52,499 nt of DNA, from IMG/VR virus record IMGVR_UViG_3300001528_000174, positions 128,001 through 180,499 of that record; one strand, written 5' to 3'. The notes under the pieces were generated by a model. The model was given only the letters and a program-made list of their open reading frames with translations. It made no database searches and had not been told where the DNA came from. The position numbers and the translations under genes were made by a program. The stretch's first letter is position 1. Each line of letters starts with the position of its first letter. The DNA is from a virus (taxonomy: Duplodnaviria; Heunggongvirae; Uroviricota; Caudoviricetes). Below, piece after piece: positions 48,887 to 52,499 of the stretch.

Positions 48887-49200
48887 TCCTCCATTAATGT
48901 GGTATTATTAGGTTTTTCACCTACTATCTCATATAATCTATGAAGTTCTTTTGTATATGAATCTAAATATTGCTGCATAGTTAAAGCTTTGTCAAGGTTA
49001 GCTTTAGCTACTCTATATCTAGCAATAGACGCCATAGCTCCAGATAATGTTAACCCATAGCCTACTAAAGTAAGTTCTTCTCTAGCTTCTCTAGTTTTAG
49101 ATTTAGCATTAATGGTCTTCATTACAGATAAATCCCAATGTGGAGAGCTCTCGTCTGTTGTTGAGGATTTTAATTCAAAATCAGATTCTTTAATTATCAT
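48883..49200 (-). CDS. Hypothetical protein
   Basis: 105 aa; WDL...GYG. Confidence 0.65.
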   Translation of the reverse strand: MIIKESDFELKSSTTDESSPHWDLSVMKTINAKSKTREAREELTLVGYGLTLSGAMASIARYRVAKANLDKALTMQQYLDSYTKELHRLYEIVGEKPNNTTLMEE

Positions 49201-49203
49201 AAA

Positions 49204-49317
49204 TTATTTAGAGCCAATACCACCCGGTCTTGTTGTTGAATTTTTCACTGTCTGAGGAAGTTTGTCCCACCAGCACTGTTTTTGACGCAATCTTTCAAGC
49301 TTATTCTTATATTTCAC
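49204..49317 (-). CDS. Small basic protein (37 aa, GTG start; not in ORF track)
   Basis: MKYKNKLERLRQKQCWWDKLPQTVKNSTTRPGGIGSK. Confidence 0.55.
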   Translation of the reverse strand: MKYKNKLERLRQKQCWWDKLPQTVKNSTTRPGGIGSK

Positions 49318-49476
49318 TTTAACTAGAATTTAAAATTAAAAGAAAATCAATCATCTTAAAAATATAAAATTATCTAGGTAAAATACCATAATTTAGTCAT
49401 AGACATATCTAGAATAGCCTACAATCTTCTGAATTTAGAACCATGAACAATTTATCATTCTAGAAATGAAAGTGCT

Positions 49477-49656
49477 TTAAAGGGACTCCGAGATAGAACC
49501 ATCAAAGTGCTCCTCAGCATATTCACGAGCAGTTTTAGCACTATCAAAATATCGACTAGGCTTCTTTCTGTCACTTCGTTTTACAGCAATTTTTCCACCA
49601 ATAGTACGATAAATTGTAATTTCTTCTACAGTTGCTTTTACAATTTCTTTAGCCAT
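49477..49656 (-). CDS. Small protein (59 aa; not in ORF track)
   Basis: MAKEIVKATVEEITIYRTIGGKIAVKRSDRKKPSRYFDSAKTAREYAEEHF... Confidence 0.6.
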   Translation of the reverse strand: MAKEIVKATVEEITIYRTIGGKIAVKRSDRKKPSRYFDSAKTAREYAEEHFDGSISESL

Positions 49657-49658
49657 AA

Positions 49659-49877
49659 TTATTTATTTTTAAAAATTTTATAAAAAGTTTCTTTATATTC
49701 TGGATATGTATAATAAATAGCCAATATAGCATTTAAAACAGGAAGAAATACTACAATTATTGATACTAAATTTGTAGGTACTTTTCTTTTTTCAAGAGTT
49801 GAGGCTATCGTAACCATAGAACCTATATATATGCCAAAACTTCCAAAAACTATAAGTACTATTATAAATGAACTCAT
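49659..49877 (-). CDS. Small two-TM membrane protein
   Basis: 72 aa with two hydrophobic segments. Confidence 0.6.
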   Translation of the reverse strand: MSSFIIVLIVFGSFGIYIGSMVTIASTLEKRKVPTNLVSIIVVFLPVLNAILAIYYTYPEYKETFYKIFKNK

Positions 49878-50287
49878 TCTAATAATTCTAAACTTGCATC
49901 ACTAGCTAATTCATCTGCTAGATTATTACCAAAACAATCTTGATGTCCTCTAACATGAGTAAATTTAATATTCTTTATTAAAGATTTAATTCTCTCATAT
50001 TCTTCATCTAAAAGTTTCCAAAGTTCCACATTTTTTTTCTTTTTCCAACCTTTAGTAAGGCATCCTAGAACATATTGACTATCACTTATAAACTCTACTT
50101 CTTCTACGGAATTTTTAATGGATTTAAAAGCACATAACATAGCAATTAATTCCATTTTATTATTAGTAGTATGTTTAAATCCTTTTGAGTATTTTTTAAA
50201 TACTTTATTATCATTCATCCATACAACTCCTATTCCTCCCTGGTCTATAGAAGATTTATAAGCTCCATCTGTATAAATCTGCATCAT
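49874..50287 (-). CDS. rnhA: Ribonuclease HI
   Basis: YTDGA, TTNNKMEL, SDSQYV, HVRGH and GNNLADELA motifs. Confidence 0.95.
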   Translation of the reverse strand: MMQIYTDGAYKSSIDQGGIGVVWMNDNKVFKKYSKGFKHTTNNKMELIAMLCAFKSIKNSVEEVEFISDSQYVLGCLTKGWKKKKNVELWKLLDEEYERIKSLIKNIKFTHVRGHQDCFGNNLADELASDASLELLE

Positions 50288-50616
50288 ATATTTATTGTTT
50301 CTAAAGTAATAAAATCTGTATATTCTAATACTATAGCATGTTTTAGCGGGTCATAATAAGAGGTAGAAGTACAGAGCTTAATATTAGAATCTCTATAAGT
50401 GTTTATTAGGGATAATATTGTCCATTCAATATCTTGAATACTACTGACATAACAATGTCCTGAACCTCTAATTATTATTTGTACAATAGAAGCTTTATAA
50501 AAATTCCAACTATTTGTATTTATTTCCCAAGTTCTATTAGATTCAAATAATTCAGTTAATTCTAAATCAATATCATGTATTAAATCAGAATCTATTTCTT
50601 CCTTGTTTATAATCAT
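50284..50616 (-). CDS. Hypothetical protein
   Basis: 110-aa coupled ORF. Confidence 0.55.
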   Translation of the reverse strand: MIINKEEIDSDLIHDIDLELTELFESNRTWEINTNSWNFYKASIVQIIIRGSGHCYVSSIQDIEWTILSLINTYRDSNIKLCTSTSYYDPLKHAIVLEYTDFITLETINI

Positions 50617-50754
50617 TCTTCCAAAGAATTATATACCGACGTTCTCTATCTAAATCTGTATACCATAATATTATTTGACCATCACTATTATCTAATTTTG
50701 GATTAAAAAGAATCTTTACCAAAAATATTATAATAACAATACATACAATAGTCA

Positions 50755-51561
50755 TTAAATTACTTTAAGCATTGTCACATTTTTAGGAAGATTATCCCAG
50801 TCCTTATAAGAATTAGTAATCCATACATGGTCAAAATTCTTAGATAGATTTTCGATACCTTTTGGATTAACCATGTGAACTACAGAGATGCTAAGCTTTT
50901 CCTTAGACACTCCTAACTTTCTAAAAGCTTCAGCAATACCACAGAAAGTTCCTCCCCCGTCACATAAATCATCTAATATCATTAGTGGACGGTCATCAAT
51001 CTTTTCAGGATTGTTAACTTTAATTTCTAATATCTTACCAGTAGTAGTATCACGTACTTTACTACATATGACATAAGAATCTAGCCCTCCATAGCGTTCT
51101 GCTGCTCCTGCATCAGGGAGAACTATTTGATAATTTTGTGTTTTCAAATCGGGGCGATCAAATTCTTCTAGATATAAAGCTCTGAATTTATTACCAAACC
51201 TGCAATCATATATTACATCAGAATGAGGTTCTAGAATGGCAATATTTTCGGCATTAGAGCTACCTAGAATTTTTAGTACCACTTTAAGAGTAAAAGGACG
51301 ATTGAAATTCATAACTCTATCCATTCTCATTCCCATAAGATAGAAAATATCAATATCATAACTAACGTCATGTCTATCAAGAATATCAATCACTTGAGCT
51401 ATAACAAATAGTTCTTCAGCATTAGTGATTCTACACTTTACACAGATTTGATCTTTACGATTAAATTCTCCTAAAGAGATTTGAACTTCCCCATCAGGAA
51501 ATCTAGATAGAGTGTAAGAAATATCACTATCTGCTAGATTTACTAAATTTAAGATTTGCAT
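50755..51561 (-). CDS. Ribose-phosphate pyrophosphokinase family protein (Adps-like ADPR-PP synthetase)
   Basis: FPDGE, RMDR, EPHS, PDAGA, KVRD and LDDLCDGGGTF motifs. Confidence 0.88.
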   Translation of the reverse strand: MQILNLVNLADSDISYTLSRFPDGEVQISLGEFNRKDQICVKCRITNAEELFVIAQVIDILDRHDVSYDIDIFYLMGMRMDRVMNFNRPFTLKVVLKILGSSNAENIAILEPHSDVIYDCRFGNKFRALYLEEFDRPDLKTQNYQIVLPDAGAAERYGGLDSYVICSKVRDTTTGKILEIKVNNPEKIDDRPLMILDDLCDGGGTFCGIAEAFRKLGVSKEKLSISVVHMVNPKGIENLSKNFDHVWITNSYKDWDNLPKNVTMLKVI

Positions 51562-52043
51562 AATTTATAAATATAAAGGGTTATTGTTGAATCATTTTCA
51601 AAAAGCTCTTGAAGCATAGGATAGACTACTCCATCCCAGTCTCCTCCAGCTAAACCACATCCTAATTTATAAGGAATACCTATTTCTGTTATGTTCTCAT
51701 CCTTACAAAATTCTTTTAAATCTAATAATGCTGCTTTAAGGGCATCATAATTAGTATGTCTATTTTCATAAGGCGCAACAGATTCTGTAAAGGAATATTC
51801 ACCAAATAAATTAGCTACAAGATTAATGGACTCATCTCCAGTTATACACACTTGACATTTTCCTAATAATCCTGTAGAATAGTTAAAATTCTTACAGAAG
51901 TTAACATATTGAGTATATACTTGACTCCATTTGTTTTTAATAGATCTAGCTATACCCGCTCCCATTACCCCTAAACAATTAGTTTGGTGAGCAATAAGAG
52001 GTAAATTTGATTGAAGTAAATCTCCATTGACAATTTCTATCAT
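51549..52043 (-). CDS. Macrodomain (ADP-ribose binding/hydrolase; TARG1/DarG-like)
   Basis: GDLL, HQTNCLGVMGAGIA and PYKLGCGLAGGDW motifs. Confidence 0.9.
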   Translation of the reverse strand: MIEIVNGDLLQSNLPLIAHQTNCLGVMGAGIARSIKNKWSQVYTQYVNFCKNFNYSTGLLGKCQVCITGDESINLVANLFGEYSFTESVAPYENRHTNYDALKAALLDLKEFCKDENITEIGIPYKLGCGLAGGDWDGVVYPMLQELFENDSTITLYIYKLCKS

Positions 52044-52499
52044 TTTAATGTTGAATTTACACGTTCACGAATTTCAGAAAGAGTATAATCTCTTACTAAT
52101 TCACCATTTACAAAGACTGTTTCCAAGCAGCCTTCAGTTTCTTCTTCTTCAGTCTGCTGGTCATAGGCAACATACTTACCATTTTCTTCCTCGACTCTTA
52201 TAAGACCTTTAAGAGAGTTCTTAGTTCCATCATCAGTCTTTGGATGTTTGAAGATTTCTCTAAGTTCTCCATTGATTTTACAAGCGGTTGCCTTAACAGC
52301 AAACCCAAGGGAATCTCTACTTTTAAATTGATAAGTAAATGAGCCTACACCAAGTACGAGATTGCATGCTGCCATGTGAGCACTTTCCAATCTAGTATAG
52401 ATGTCTCTCTGACGCTCTAGTGTTATAGAGTCACCATAGAGTAGTCCAACCTTGGTACTTGGATAACGATAATCGTTTACTGTAGTGTTCCAACCGAAG
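52040..52499 (-). CDS. Nicotinamide phosphoribosyltransferase-like protein (Namat/NadV family), C-terminal part; truncated by the window
   Basis: LLYGDSIT, LGVGSFTYQ, SRDSLGFAVKAT and KHPKTDDGTKNSLKG motifs. Confidence 0.9.
   Translation of the reverse strand, partial: FGWNTTVNDYRYPSTKVGLLYGDSITLERQRDIYTRLESAHMAACNLVLGVGSFTYQFKSRDSLGFAVKATACKINGELREIFKHPKTDDGTKNSLKGLIRVEEENGKYVAYDQQTEEEETEGCLETVFVNGELVRDYTLSEIRERVNSTLK

Noticed and set aside
14806-51076. Other + strand ORFs antisense to minus-strand genes (14806, 17993, 28461, 32364, 34766, 35040, 38306, 38730, 40566, 42991, 44727, 47096, 47119, 50888)
   Set aside because: They overlap well-supported genes on the opposite strand and have low-complexity Ser/Phe/Leu-rich translations.
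1-52499. Suppressor tRNA, CRISPR array, reverse transcriptase/DGR or integrase
   Set aside because: None recognisable by eye in this window; a suppressor tRNA may lie elsewhere in the genome.

Overview
AT-rich dsDNA phage segment with the gene content of a crAss-like (Crassvirales, Bacteroidota-infecting) phage. The large, intron-rich, PolA-encoding character resembles the Zeta-type group (inference). Bases 1-5704 (+ strand) hold the ends of two very large virion/late-type genes that are open only if TAG is read as a sense codon, most likely Gln. After a strong hairpin terminator (about 5703-5752), the rest of the window is a dense, minus-strand, standard-code replication/nucleotide-metabolism block. 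It includes dNMP kinase, ThyX, PolA, a sigma-70 factor, ATP-dependent ligase, dUTPase, a Dda-like helicase, NrdD/NrdG/thioredoxin, a PD-(D/E)xK exonuclease, primase, an SSB-like protein, a Sak4-like ATPase, a DnaB-like helicase, an SF2 helicase, RNase HI, and a NAMPT-like/macrodomain/PRPP-synthetase-like NAD+ module. Three group I introns interrupt catalytic motifs: PolA motif B, a HExxH peptidase, and the helicase Walker A. The PolA intron appears to end in A rather than the canonical terminal G. A roughly 300-nt GC-rich, densely base-paired non-coding element, bracketed by convergent promoter-like inverted repeats, lies upstream of nrdD. All calls come from reading motifs by eye; no database search was run.
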